From the NCBI GenBank assembly GCA_963668645.2, contig CAXXWC010000021.1:320001-384000 (forward strand): 64,000 nucleotides of DNA, in the 5' to 3' direction. Each line of letters starts with the position of its first letter. Position 1 is the first letter of the stretch. A program made the position numbers and the translations under genes. The notes below the pieces were generated by a model that saw only the letters and a list, made by a program, of their open reading frames with translations, made no database searches and was not told the origin of the DNA. The DNA is from Desulfobacterales bacterium (GTDB lineage: Bacteria > Desulfobacterota > Desulfobacteria > Desulfobacterales > UBA2174). This document shows positions 46,844 to 58,165 of this stretch, piece after piece.

Positions 46844-47248
46844 ATGGTTGACACCAAAGAGCTGCAAGCCAAAAACAAACACGAAGTGAGCCAAGCTGCC
46901 GAACAGACCCGCCCGGGCAGGGTCTTCACGCCGGAGGTGGATATCTGCGAAAGCGACACCGAAATCCGGCTGGTGGCGGACATGCCGGGCGTGGCGCCGG
47001 AAGACCTGAGCATCGATCTGAAGGAAGACACCCTTACGATCAGCGGGGATGTCAAACCGCCGCAAGCCGAGGGCGAAACACCCATTCTGCTCGAATTCGG
47101 GGTGGGGCGCTTCTACCGCCAGTTTTCCCTGGCCGAGTCCATCGATCAGAATGGGATCGCCGCAACCCTGGCCGATGGGGTCCTCAAACTGACCCTGCCC
47201 AAGCATGCCAAGGCGACACCGCGCAAGATCAGCGTTTCGGCGGCTTGA
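46844..47248 (+). CDS. Hsp20/alpha-crystallin small heat-shock protein
   Basis: PEVDICE, ADMPGV, FYRQFSL, DGVLKLTLPK. Confidence 0.95.
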   Translation: MVDTKELQAKNKHEVSQAAEQTRPGRVFTPEVDICESDTEIRLVADMPGVAPEDLSIDLKEDTLTISGDVKPPQAEGETPILLEFGVGRFYRQFSLAESIDQNGIAATLADGVLKLTLPKHAKATPRKISVSAA

Positions 47249-47268
47249 CGACCGGCTTGGCGTTAAAG

Positions 47269-47305
47269 AGAAAGGCTCCGTGCGGGAAACGCACGGAGCC
47301 TTTCT
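47269..47305. terminator. Bidirectional intrinsic terminator
   Basis: agaaaggctccgtgcg-ggaaa-cgcacggagcctttct between convergent genes. Confidence 0.85.
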
Positions 47306-47387
47306 TATAGCTTTATCTTGCAAGGGTAGGCAGCCCCAAAAGATTCTGCCGTCAACCGTCGATTTTCGGCAGGATGATTCGGTGGCG

Positions 47388-47666
47388 CTACTTGCCGCCG
47401 CGCTTGGAAGCCTTGATCGGATTGATCTTCTGCTTGTTTTCAACCACCGCGGCCGCAACATGGGTGGCCATGTTGCAGCGATCCCGCTGCCATTTGAGTG
47501 CCGGTTCAGGACAGGCCACACAGTACAAACCGGTGGCGAACTCTGCGGTGCGGCTGCATCCCTGGCATTGTTCCACGATGGTATGACAGGTCCCGCCATT
47601 ATAGGAACATCCGGACGCCTTCATAAACGGGCAATCCACCCCTGGACGAATCGTCGTGCAAATCAT
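47388..47666 (-). CDS. PxxKW-family cysteine-rich protein
   Basis: MICTT..C..C..C..CQGC..YCVACPEPALKW..CNMATH; GGAGG RBS. Confidence 0.85.
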   Translation of the reverse strand: MICTTIRPGVDCPFMKASGCSYNGGTCHTIVEQCQGCSRTAEFATGLYCVACPEPALKWQRDRCNMATHVAAAVVENKQKINPIKASKRGGK

Positions 47667-47766
47667 GGCAACCACCTCCCCTCTTGATGAGGTCGATAAA
47701 ATAGAAAAAGGCCGGACATCACACGTCACGGCCTCGGTTCAAGGTCTAAACTCCGTGCGGCGCCCA

Positions 47767-47794
47767 TATATAGAAACGAAGGCCGATTTGTCAA
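47767..47794 (-). promoter_or_regulatory. Sigma-70-type promoter for the PxxKW gene
   Basis: Minus strand TTGACA-16 nt-TATATA. Confidence 0.5.
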
Positions 47795-48062
47795 CCCTAA
47801 AGTTCCCCCTTTTTCCACTCGGCCCTTGCACTTTGTGGACCATGCGACTATCTTGGAGGGCCTTTTGGGCACCGACCAGACGCGATTTGCACACCGGCGA
47901 GGCTTGGCGGTGCCCGCAGGACATATAAACTTGCACAACCCGAACGACCAGCGCAAGCTGTTTTGCCCCATTGGAAAGCCGGCTGATGGGATCATCCGGG
48001 CGGTTTGCGCATCACAACGAGGACGCCCAGCTTAACGAGGCCCACTCGAAGATCGAGTGCAT

Positions 48063-49046
48063 ATGAACATCATCGAAGAAGCGCGCAACGTCGTCAAAAT
48101 CGAAGCCGAAGGGATCCTCGGCCTCATCGATCACATCGACCATCGTTTTGTCGAACTGGTGGAGATGGTGCTCCACAGCCCGGGTCGGGTCATCGTGGCC
48201 GGTATCGGCAAGAGCGGCATCGTGGGCCGCAAGATCGTGGCCACCCTGAACTCCACCGGGACCCGGGCCCTCTTTTTGCATCCGGTGGAAGCCATGCATG
48301 GTGACCTGGGAATGGTGGGGGCCGGCGACGTTTTCCTGGCCCTGTCCAACAGTGGTGAAACCGACGAACTGAACCTGCTGCTGCCCAGCATCCGTTCCAT
48401 GGGCTGCAAGATCGCCGCCTTTACCGGCAACGCCCACTCGACTCTGGCCCGCAACAGTGATCTGGTCATCGATACCGGAGTAGCCCGCGAAGCCTGCTCT
48501 CTAGGGCTCGCACCCACGGCCAGCACTGCGGCCCAACTGGCCATGGGCGACGCCCTGGCCGTGACCCTTACCCGCTGCAAGCATCTGAAAGCGGATGATT
48601 TCAGGCGCCTTCACCCCGGCGGCAGCCTGGGCCAGCGCCTTTCGGCGTCGGTGGGCGACATCATGCTCAGCGGCAGCGCCCTGCCCCTGGTGCCTGCCGG
48701 GACCGGCCTGCTCGAAGCCGTGGCCCAGATCGATCGCATCAGTCTGGGAGCGGTATTTGTCGTGGGGCCGGATCAAGCCTTGGCCGGAATCATCACCGAC
48801 GGCGACATCCGCCGGGCCGTAGCCCGCCGCCAGAGGCTGGAAACGCTGATCGTGGACGACCTGATGACCACCGAGCCGCTGACCATCGGCCCCGAGGCCC
48901 CGGCCTACGACGCCCTGAATCTGATGGAAGCCCGGGAGATCACCATCCTGCCGATTACCGGACCGGGTGGCAAGGTGGTGGGACTTTTGCATCTTCACGA
49001 CATCCTGGGCAAGGGCGCCTTCAAGTTCAACGGCACCCTGGCCTGA
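48063..49046 (+). CDS. kdsD: Arabinose-5-phosphate isomerase (KpsF/GutQ, SIS plus CBS)
   Basis: GIGKSG, HPVEAMHGDLG, SNSGET, LAPTAST, HPGGSLG, CBS pair. Confidence 0.93.
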   Translation: MNIIEEARNVVKIEAEGILGLIDHIDHRFVELVEMVLHSPGRVIVAGIGKSGIVGRKIVATLNSTGTRALFLHPVEAMHGDLGMVGAGDVFLALSNSGETDELNLLLPSIRSMGCKIAAFTGNAHSTLARNSDLVIDTGVAREACSLGLAPTASTAAQLAMGDALAVTLTRCKHLKADDFRRLHPGGSLGQRLSASVGDIMLSGSALPLVPAGTGLLEAVAQIDRISLGAVFVVGPDQALAGIITDGDIRRAVARRQRLETLIVDDLMTTEPLTIGPEAPAYDALNLMEAREITILPITGPGGKVVGLLHLHDILGKGAFKFNGTLA

Positions 49047-49097
49047 ATCGCCGGGGGCTTGCCCGCTGCCCGATCCCAATTTTTCAAGGAGAACAAT

Positions 49098-50450
49098 ATG
49101 GACCTGGATTTCGCAAGCCTGAAATCCGAAGACACCCAGATCTTGTCCCTCGGACCGGCCAAGATCCTCTCGCCGCTGCGCGAACGCCCCGGAAGCGACG
49201 GCCTGTACTTCGTCAGCGACCAGGATCGGGCACTGATCGATGTCAACCCCGAGCGCATGCGGCGGCTGGTACAGGAGGGAGGCGAACCGCCGGCCTTCGA
49301 AATGGCCGGTCCGCGCGAAACCATCTATTTCGATCCGAGCAAGCTGCGCTGCGCGATGGTCACCTGCGGCGGCCTCTGCCCGGGGCTCAACGACATCATC
49401 CGCGCCATCGTTCTGGAGCTTTACTACCATTACGAGGTTCGCAAGATTTACGGAATCCGCTACGGGTTGCAAGGATTCATCCCCAAATACGGCCACGATC
49501 TGCTCGATTTGACCCCTCGGGCGGTGACCCATATCCTCGACGTGGGCGGCTCGATTCTCGGCTCCTCGCGGGGGCCCCAGGACACGGACGAAATCGTCGA
49601 CAGCCTCGAGCGCATGAATATCGGGCTGCTTTTCATGATCGGCGGCGACGGCACCCTCATGGCAGCAGCGCGCATCGCCGATACCATTGCCGAGCGCGGC
49701 CTTAAAATCAGCGTGGTGGGAATTCCCAAGACCATCGACAACGACATCTTCATGCTGGCCCGCAGTTTCGGATTCGACACGGCGGTGGACATCGCCACCC
49801 AAGCCATCGAGGCGGCCCACAATGAAGCCCAGGGCTATCCCAACGGCATCGGGCTGATCAAACTGATGGGTCGCAACAGCGGTTTTATCGCCGCCACGGC
49901 CGCCCTGGCCCAGCAGGATGTCAATTTCGCCTTGATCCCGGAGGTCGATTTCGACCTGGACGGCCCCCATGGGCTCCTGGCCACCCTGGAAGAGCGTCTG
50001 GCGCAGCGCAGCCACGCGGTCATCGTGGTGGCTGAAGGGGCCGGCCAGAAATTCTTCAAGTCCGAAAAGCCCGAGTACGATGCCTCGGGCAACATGCGCC
50101 TCATCGATATCGGTTTGTATTTAAAAAAGGAAATCACCCATTATTTCAAGGAACGGGGGGTGGACATCGCCTTGAAGTACATCGACCCGAGCTACATGAT
50201 CCGCAGCCTGCCGGCCAACGCCAACGACAGCGTCTTTTGCGGCTTTTTGGGCCGGGATGCCGTCCATGCCGGGATGGCCGGCAAGACCCGCCTGCTGATC
50301 GGCAACTGGAACAATCATTTCGTCCACGTGCCGATGGCCCTTTCGGCCGGAAAGCGCAAAAAGGTCAACCCCCACGGCAAACTCTGGCGCACCGTGCTCG
50401 AATCGACGGGTCAGGGAAGGTTGCGCAACCAGGCGCCGGAGGACGAATAG
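49098..50450 (+). CDS. pfkA: ATP-dependent 6-phosphofructokinase
   Basis: TCGGLCPGLN, GSSRG, GGDG, PKTIDND, MGR, YIDPSYMIRS. Confidence 0.93.
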   Translation: MDLDFASLKSEDTQILSLGPAKILSPLRERPGSDGLYFVSDQDRALIDVNPERMRRLVQEGGEPPAFEMAGPRETIYFDPSKLRCAMVTCGGLCPGLNDIIRAIVLELYYHYEVRKIYGIRYGLQGFIPKYGHDLLDLTPRAVTHILDVGGSILGSSRGPQDTDEIVDSLERMNIGLLFMIGGDGTLMAAARIADTIAERGLKISVVGIPKTIDNDIFMLARSFGFDTAVDIATQAIEAAHNEAQGYPNGIGLIKLMGRNSGFIAATAALAQQDVNFALIPEVDFDLDGPHGLLATLEERLAQRSHAVIVVAEGAGQKFFKSEKPEYDASGNMRLIDIGLYLKKEITHYFKERGVDIALKYIDPSYMIRSLPANANDSVFCGFLGRDAVHAGMAGKTRLLIGNWNNHFVHVPMALSAGKRKKVNPHGKLWRTVLESTGQGRLRNQAPEDE

Positions 50451-50452
50451 GA

Positions 50453-51772
50453 TCAGGGGGCGAGCGGGCCGGCGGGCAGGAGCCCATCGATGACGGCGGC
50501 ATGCCGTGCCGCAGCGCCACGGTTGGCCGCCACCACTTCTTGCCCGGATCGACCCGCGGCCCGGGCCAGATCCGGAGAGCCGAGCAGATGAAGAACGGTT
50601 TCGGCCAGTTGATCGCTGTCGCTCACCTGAAAAACGGCCCCGGCTGCTACCAGCGCATCGGTGGCGGCCCTGAAATCGTCCATGTGCGGCCCGCAGATCA
50701 CCGGTTTGCCCCAGGCGGTGGCTTCCAGCAGGTTCTGCCCCCCGCGCGGCACCAGACTGCCGCCGCAGAACACCACGTCGGCAAGACCGTATAATGCTTT
50801 GAGCTCCCCGATTGTGTCCAGCACGATGACCGGTGCACTGCGCGTCGCGGCCGAATCGGCCAGCACGGTGCGCCGCTGGCAGTCCAATCCCTGGCGCCGC
50901 ACCTCTTCCATCAATGCGCCCACCCACTGCAAATGACGCGGGGCGATGACCAGCACAGCATTGTCAAAGACACGGCGCACCCGGCAATAGGCCTCGATGA
51001 CCGGCCGCGCTTCACCCCGCCGGATGCTGCCTGCCACGATGACCGGCACCGATCCGTCCAGGTGCAGGCAGCGGCCCAGCAAGGCCGCTGTTTTCGGATC
51101 CGGCGAATCCCGGGCCAGATCGAATTTGGCATTGCCGTTGACCACGATGCGCGCTTCCGGCGCACCCAATCGTACCAGGCGCTGGGCATCCTCGACATCG
51201 ATGACGCTCAAGGCCGTCATATTCTTTAAAACCGCCGCCATGAGCCCCTGGATGTGCTGGTAGCGCCGGATCGAACGGCAGGAGATCCGCCCGTTGACCA
51301 GAGCGGTGGGCACGTTGCGGCGCTGGGCCGAGATCAACCAGGTGGGCCAGATTTCGGTTTCAACGCAGACCATCGCATCGGGACGCATCCAATTCAAGGC
51401 CCGCTTGACCGATCCGGACCAGTCCAGCGGCGCCAGCACCGAAACGGCGTTGTTGCCCAATCGCTCGCGGGCCTCATCGAGACCGTGCTCCGTGGTGGTC
51501 GAAAGCACCAAACCGGCATCGGGACGGATGCGCCCGAGTGCTTCGGCGATGGCCGTTGCCGCGTTGACCTCTCCCACTGAAGCCGCGTGCAGCCAGACCC
51601 GCGGTGATCGGGACGGGCGCACTGCGCCGCTTGTGCCGTATGCCCCCAGACGCTGGCGCAGCCCACGGCGATGCTTGCCGCTCAAGCTTGAATAGAGCCA
51701 GAAGCCGGGCAGTCCGGCAAACAAAAGGCCCGTGCACAAGAGGCGGTAGGCCGGATACGCCAGATCCATCAA
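50453..51772 (-). CDS. waaA: Kdo transferase
   Basis: WLHAASVGE, ETEIWP, GNAKFD, APRH, DTIGEL, GGQNLLE. Confidence 0.94.
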   Translation of the reverse strand: MMDLAYPAYRLLCTGLLFAGLPGFWLYSSLSGKHRRGLRQRLGAYGTSGAVRPSRSPRVWLHAASVGEVNAATAIAEALGRIRPDAGLVLSTTTEHGLDEARERLGNNAVSVLAPLDWSGSVKRALNWMRPDAMVCVETEIWPTWLISAQRRNVPTALVNGRISCRSIRRYQHIQGLMAAVLKNMTALSVIDVEDAQRLVRLGAPEARIVVNGNAKFDLARDSPDPKTAALLGRCLHLDGSVPVIVAGSIRRGEARPVIEAYCRVRRVFDNAVLVIAPRHLQWVGALMEEVRRQGLDCQRRTVLADSAATRSAPVIVLDTIGELKALYGLADVVFCGGSLVPRGGQNLLEATAWGKPVICGPHMDDFRAATDALVAAGAVFQVSDSDQLAETVLHLLGSPDLARAAGRSGQEVVAANRGAAARHAAVIDGLLPAGPLAP

Positions 51773-53610
51773 CGGCCTTCCAGCGTTATAGGAGGCGCCG
51801 GCAGGATTTCCCGCACCACGAAGCCCCCGTTTTGGATTTCCATCAGGCGCAAAGCCTTGTGGGATTCTCCGTTTTGATCAAACCAGGTCTCACCGCTGAC
51901 CGCCCCGGGAAAGCTGGATTGGTGCAGCGTGTCGCGGATCTGCGCGCGACTGCGCACCTGGGGACGGCTGATCGTGTCGCAGAGCATCATGCCGGTATCG
52001 AAGGCCACAGCCTCGATAAAGCCCGGAGATTCGCCATATACGGACGCAAACGTCTCGCTGAAATCGACCACCGCCGGTGTTTCGTCTTTTTCGAAAAAGG
52101 CGCTTGTGAAAACCGCCCCTTCGGCATAGCGCCCCGCCATATCCAGCAGGGTCTTGCTTTGCCACAGATTGGTGCCCATCAACACGGATTGGGTCACATC
52201 GTGATAGGCCAACTGGGGCAGGATCAGCCCGGTTTTGGAAGGCGCCTCGGGAATGAACAGGGCGTCGCAATCAACGATGGGCATGACCGTCGGTGGCTTC
52301 AGGTCGGAACGGCCGCTACTTTCGATCGGTTCTGCCCCGGGGATGGGGGCGTAGCCGACAATCAACTGGCGAATCTGATCGGCAAAATCGGTTTGGGCCG
52401 GATCATAGGAAAGGCTCCGGACGATCTTGGCACCGGCCGCCTCCACATACTCTTCGAAATCTGCCAGAAAGGTCTGCCCGTATCTGTCCTGGGGATAAAG
52501 CACCGCGAAACGGCTCATCGCTTCGTGTTCCACGGCCCAGCGGACCAGGGCTTCGGCCTGCATGCGCGGCGTGATGAAGTGGCGAAAAATGTAGTCGCCG
52601 AAGCTGGCGATGAATTCGCGCTGCGTGAAAACGATCATCGGAATACGCCGCTCCTGGGCCGCAGGAGCCGCCGCAGCCACCGTGGCCATGGGACCGATGA
52701 TGGCCGCCACGCCGTTGGCGTCCAGTTTCGCCACCGCCTGCACCGTCTGTCCATCGTCCGAGCCCGTGTCCTCGATGAGCATCCGTATTGTTTCGCCCTC
52801 GTGGGTGGCCGCGAACCGGGCCAGGGCCAGCTCCACGCCCCGCAGGGCGCGCTGGCCGTAAAAAGCGTGGGAACCGGTCAGCGGGAGCAGGACCCCGATC
52901 AGATGATGGTCGTAGATCGTTTCCCGGCCCAGACTTTGCAGCAGTCGGCGGGCCTCTTCCCCCATCGGCCGCGAAAGCAGTTCGGCCATGGCTTCGGGCT
53001 TCAGCCGGCTCAGCGCCAACTGCGCCTTCTGGATCAGCCCCGACCGGCGTTCATCGGCGGCCAGGACCCAGGCCCTTGCCGCGGCATAGGCCGCTTCGAC
53101 GGGCTGGTCCAGGGCCAGAAAGCCGTCGGCAAGCATTTCCAGCACCAGCGCCCGGGTGGACGGTTCGAACGATTCAAGCGGCAGCTGCGCGGCCCGGTCG
53201 ACCATGCTTTGAAACTGCCCCTCGGCATAGTCGAGGCGCAACAGTTCCAAGGCCGCCTTGGCGCCGTAGTCCGTATCGCCGTAACGTGCCGTCACTTGCT
53301 CGAAGGCCGCCCGGGCCGCCTGCAAATTTCCCCTTTCACTCGCGATGGCGCCGATGCGCATCAACGCCTCGGGCGCAAGACGGCTGTCAGGAAACCGCAC
53401 CACAAACCCCTGGTAGGCTTCCAGTGCCTTGGAAGGATTCGTCCGGGCCAAGAGCTCGGCCGCGTCGAAATTGCGCGCATCGTCGAGGGGGGCTGGGGTC
53501 TGCTGCGGTGCACCCGCCGGAGGTGTGGCCACCGGCGGCGCCGCGCAACCGGCCATGATGAGCGCAGCGAGCCCGATAGCGAACCTGCCGATAATTGACT
53601 TCAGCGACAC
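51769..53610 (-). CDS. Penicillin-binding protein activator LpoA-like lipoprotein
   Basis: Lipobox MAGC, TPR-like region, IGVLLPLTG, IIGP, LILPQL. Confidence 0.82.
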   Translation of the reverse strand: MSLKSIIGRFAIGLAALIMAGCAAPPVATPPAGAPQQTPAPLDDARNFDAAELLARTNPSKALEAYQGFVVRFPDSRLAPEALMRIGAIASERGNLQAARAAFEQVTARYGDTDYGAKAALELLRLDYAEGQFQSMVDRAAQLPLESFEPSTRALVLEMLADGFLALDQPVEAAYAAARAWVLAADERRSGLIQKAQLALSRLKPEAMAELLSRPMGEEARRLLQSLGRETIYDHHLIGVLLPLTGSHAFYGQRALRGVELALARFAATHEGETIRMLIEDTGSDDGQTVQAVAKLDANGVAAIIGPMATVAAAAPAAQERRIPMIVFTQREFIASFGDYIFRHFITPRMQAEALVRWAVEHEAMSRFAVLYPQDRYGQTFLADFEEYVEAAGAKIVRSLSYDPAQTDFADQIRQLIVGYAPIPGAEPIESSGRSDLKPPTVMPIVDCDALFIPEAPSKTGLILPQLAYHDVTQSVLMGTNLWQSKTLLDMAGRYAEGAVFTSAFFEKDETPAVVDFSETFASVYGESPGFIEAVAFDTGMMLCDTISRPQVRSRAQIRDTLHQSSFPGAVSGETWFDQNGESHKALRLMEIQNGGFVVREILPAPPITLEGR

Positions 53611-53797
53611 CCTAAACTCCTTTCGGGTAGTGTTATAAACCGGTCAAGTCTACACCAGGCCTGACAATTGTCAATCGCTTTGCCGCCGCCAAATGGTTTG
53701 ACAAAGCCGGTCCGACGAACCAATATTAACAGGTCGAGAGCCGGGTGCACCACCCCTCCCCGGCCGGCGCATCAACCAATTCCCACGGAGGAGCAGC

Positions 53798-55093
53798 ATG
53801 GCTGAATCAACCCCCCCTGCCACAAAAGATTTCTTCAAAGCGCTCGAGATCGGACGCCCGCCGAACATCGTACGCCTCTTTCCGCATTCCCGCGCCCTGA
53901 TCGTCAGCGGCAAGATTATCGACCGGGCCATGCTGGCCAAGGGCAAAGCCGTCGCCATGGCGGCCAACGGACGCAACTTTTTCGTCATCCAGGGCGCCTT
54001 GATGGCGGCCCAGCGGGCCAACGCGGCCATGATCATCGAAATCGCCCGCTCGGAGGGCGGGGTCAAGGCGTACTGCGCCGTCAATTACTGGAACATCGCC
54101 CGCTACGTGGACGACCTGTGCAACGAGTTGGGGATCACCATCCCGGTGGCGATCCATGCCGACCATTACGGCATCAAAAAGCCCGAAGACATCCCGCCGG
54201 CCCAGGTTGAAATCCCGTCGATCTTCGATGCGGGCATCACCTCCATCGCAATCGATGCCTCCCACATGCCCGACGACCAGAACCTGCTGGCCAACCTCGA
54301 TCTGGCCCCCTTCATCCCGCCTTGGGCCGGCCTGGAAACGGAAATCGGGGAAATCAAGGGCAAGCAGGGCCTGTCGACCAAGGAAGAAGCCCTCTTTTTG
54401 ATCGAGGGGCTCAACGCCCACGGCATCTTTGCCGACTGGATCGCCCTGAACAACGGCACGACCCACGGCATCGAGGCCAGCGACTCGGGCATCCAGGTGG
54501 AGCTGACCGCGGCCATTCACGAAGCCCTGGCGCCTTACCGCGTTTCCGGCGCCCAGCACGGCACCTCGGGCAACAGTTCCGATCGACTGCGCGCCATCGC
54601 CAAGGGCACCCGCACCACCAAGGCCAACGTGGCCACGGCCCTGCAGATGATCTCCTGGGGTCTGGAAGTCAACGATTACGGCAACGCAAGGCTCGATGCG
54701 CAGGGAGACTTCATCAAGGTGCCCGGCCAGGGGGCGGACGACGCGCTGTGGGCCGAGATGGTGGCCTATGCCCGGGAAAAAGGATGGAAAAAGGGCGATT
54801 ACAAGAAACTCAATCTTCCCTTTGAAAATTGCCTGCTGGCTCAGCCCGAGCCGATCCGGCAGCGCATGGCCCGGCGCGTCGAGGAGTTCGTCTACGAGAT
54901 GCTGGTCAACGTCCTCAATGCCCAGGATACCGCCCCGTTGGCCATCGAGGCCATTTTACGCGCCGGCGGACCGGATCCCGGCCCCAAGACGGCCCGCATC
55001 GCCTCGCCCGAAGAGTGGACCCGTGAAAAAATCGCCCGGCGGGCCGCCGCACTGGACGGCGATAAAGGCCCGGCTGGCGATTTCGACGATTGA
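53798..55093 (+). CDS. fba: Class II fructose-bisphosphate aldolase family
   Basis: HADH, IDASH, ETEIGEI, NGTTHG, QHGTSG, KANVAT. Confidence 0.88.
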   Translation: MAESTPPATKDFFKALEIGRPPNIVRLFPHSRALIVSGKIIDRAMLAKGKAVAMAANGRNFFVIQGALMAAQRANAAMIIEIARSEGGVKAYCAVNYWNIARYVDDLCNELGITIPVAIHADHYGIKKPEDIPPAQVEIPSIFDAGITSIAIDASHMPDDQNLLANLDLAPFIPPWAGLETEIGEIKGKQGLSTKEEALFLIEGLNAHGIFADWIALNNGTTHGIEASDSGIQVELTAAIHEALAPYRVSGAQHGTSGNSSDRLRAIAKGTRTTKANVATALQMISWGLEVNDYGNARLDAQGDFIKVPGQGADDALWAEMVAYAREKGWKKGDYKKLNLPFENCLLAQPEPIRQRMARRVEEFVYEMLVNVLNAQDTAPLAIEAILRAGGPDPGPKTARIASPEEWTREKIARRAAALDGDKGPAGDFDD

Positions 55094-55095
55094 CC

Positions 55096-55590
55096 ATGCC
55101 GGAAAAACGCTTTTGCCATTTTTGCGGCGGCCCCCTGGATTCAAGACACTGGGAGGGCCGCCGAAGGCTTTTTTGCGCCCGCTGCCAGACGCCGCTTTAT
55201 GAAAACCCGGTTCCGGCCACCTGCCTGGTGGTCATCGACGAAGCCAGGCGGGTCCTGCTGGTCAGGCGCAGGGTTGAGCCGCGCATCGGTGAATGGTGCC
55301 TGCCGGGCGGCTTCATGGAGCTGGGAGAATCCCCCGAGGCCGCGGCCCTGCGGGAGCTGGCCGAAGAAACCGGGCTCAGGGGGGTCATCGACGGCCTGCT
55401 GGGAGTCGTGTCAACCCCCAACGCCGCCTACGACACGGTGTTGATGCTCGGCTACCGGGTGCGCCGATTCGAGGGGAATCCCCGGCCGGACGACGATGCC
55501 GACGCCATCGAATGGTTCGATCCGGCCCGCCTTCCGCCCATCGCCTTCGACAGCCACCTCCGCTTCATCGGCCAGGCCCTGGGGCAGTGA
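55096..55590 (+). CDS. NUDIX hydrolase with N-terminal zinc ribbon
   Basis: CHFC..CARC, Nudix box GGFMELGESPEAAALRELAEETGL. Confidence 0.92.
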   Translation: MPEKRFCHFCGGPLDSRHWEGRRRLFCARCQTPLYENPVPATCLVVIDEARRVLLVRRRVEPRIGEWCLPGGFMELGESPEAAALRELAEETGLRGVIDGLLGVVSTPNAAYDTVLMLGYRVRRFEGNPRPDDDADAIEWFDPARLPPIAFDSHLRFIGQALGQ

Positions 55591-55597
55591 GGTCTTC

Positions 55598-56395
55598 TCA
55601 CAGCTCGACTTTGGCCTTTTTCCAGAGCTCTTCCATTTCATCGCGGGTCAGCTGATCCAGGGATCGCCCGGCTGCGGCGCAAGCGGCCTCCATGTGGCGA
55701 AAACGGGTCTGGAACTTGTCGATGGCCGCCGTAAGCGCGGTTTCCGGATGGATCCGCGTGAAACGCGCCACATTGACCAGGGTGAAGAGCAGATCGCCGA
55801 ATTCCATGGCCGCATCGCTGCGATCCGTCCTGCCGTCTTGCAGCTTTCTGAGTTCTTCCTGGAACTCGCGCCATTCATCCTCGGCCTGGCGCATCACGGC
55901 GCGCCGGTCCTCCCAATCGAAGCCCATGGCCACCGCGCGCTGCGAGACGCGCCAGGCCCTGAGCAGGGCCGGCATTCCCGCCGGAACGCTGTCGAGCACG
56001 GAGCGCTGGGCATCTTCGCCCTTTTCGCTGCGCTTGATCGCATCCCATTGGATGCGCACCGCCTCGGGGGTCTCGGCCTGCCGATCACCGAATACATGGG
56101 GGTGCCGGCGGATCATTTTTTCGCGATTCTGCGCCAGGATCGTATCGATCTTCAACCGGCCGCTCTCCTGGAAAAGAGAAGCGATGAAAAAAACCTGAAA
56201 CAGCACATCGCCCAACTCTTCGCAAACCGCGGCATCATCATCGCGCTGCATGGCCTCGATCAGCTCGAAGGTCTCCTCGGCCAGATAGACCCCCATGGAA
56301 GCAGGGGTCTGCTTCCGGTCCCAGGGGCAGCCGTTTTGCCCGCGCAACGTGGCGATCAGGTTCAACAGGGCCTCGATACCGTCCGCGACGCTCAT
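55598..56395 (-). CDS. mazG: Nucleoside triphosphate pyrophosphohydrolase
   Basis: GCPWDRKQT, EELGDVL, KMIRRHPHVF, EFGDLLF. Confidence 0.95.
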   Translation of the reverse strand: MSVADGIEALLNLIATLRGQNGCPWDRKQTPASMGVYLAEETFELIEAMQRDDDAAVCEELGDVLFQVFFIASLFQESGRLKIDTILAQNREKMIRRHPHVFGDRQAETPEAVRIQWDAIKRSEKGEDAQRSVLDSVPAGMPALLRAWRVSQRAVAMGFDWEDRRAVMRQAEDEWREFQEELRKLQDGRTDRSDAAMEFGDLLFTLVNVARFTRIHPETALTAAIDKFQTRFRHMEAACAAAGRSLDQLTRDEMEELWKKAKVEL

Positions 56396-56928
56396 GATGA
56401 TTTCTCCATCGAACGCCAAAGCTTGTGCAATTCGGCGGCCTTGCTGTCGAACTGGGCCTTGAGCTCCTTGTGGGTGATGCGGGCCAGGGTTTCACTGATA
56501 ATGGCCACGTGGGGTGCCAGGATCGAGTCGCGCACCAGCGGCGCTCCCTTGGGCAAAAAGGCAGTCAAGGTCATCAGGACCACCGCGCTGATCAAGACCG
56601 CCTTGAGCAGACCGAAAAGGGCCCCGCAAAAGCGGTCCACGCCGCCGAGAAAGGCGACCCGCAGCAGGTATTTGATGATCACCCCGATCACACTGATGGT
56701 GAGCAGCACCAGGGCGAAGATCAGCAAAAAGCTCAAGATGTTGCGGTAGGCGGCGGTGTCGATCCACCCGGCCAGGAGTCGTCCCATCAGGGGATAGTAG
56801 CTGTAGGCGGCCCAAAAACCGGCCAAAACGCCGACGATCGCCGCAACCTCCTTGATCAATCCGCGGAAAATCCCCCGGATAAGACCGTAGGCGACCACGA
56901 TGGCAACAAAAATATCGAATAGATTCAT
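56392..56928 (-). CDS. cvpA: CvpA family membrane protein
   Basis: GIFRGLIKE, DRFCGALFG. Confidence 0.9.
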   Translation of the reverse strand: MNLFDIFVAIVVAYGLIRGIFRGLIKEVAAIVGVLAGFWAAYSYYPLMGRLLAGWIDTAAYRNILSFLLIFALVLLTISVIGVIIKYLLRVAFLGGVDRFCGALFGLLKAVLISAVVLMTLTAFLPKGAPLVRDSILAPHVAIISETLARITHKELKAQFDSKAAELHKLWRSMEKSS

Positions 56929-57120
56929 CTTACTTCCGTCTGGACCGCGATCTCTGTGTATGGCCCTTGTGCGAATTCACCGCGAATGAAAACCACCTGA
57001 AAAAACAATAGATCAAGGAATTTAACAGGGGATATCGGTCAGGTCAAGGCGTTTTTCCAAAAGCAATTTGCCAAGATTGAAGGGGTTATGATAGGGTTCT
57101 GCTCCCGGTGAAAGGAGAAA

Positions 57121-58128
<1,008 letters not shown>

Positions 58129-58165
58129 AGCCTTTTGATGCCGGTGGACGCGAGGTCGGAAGACC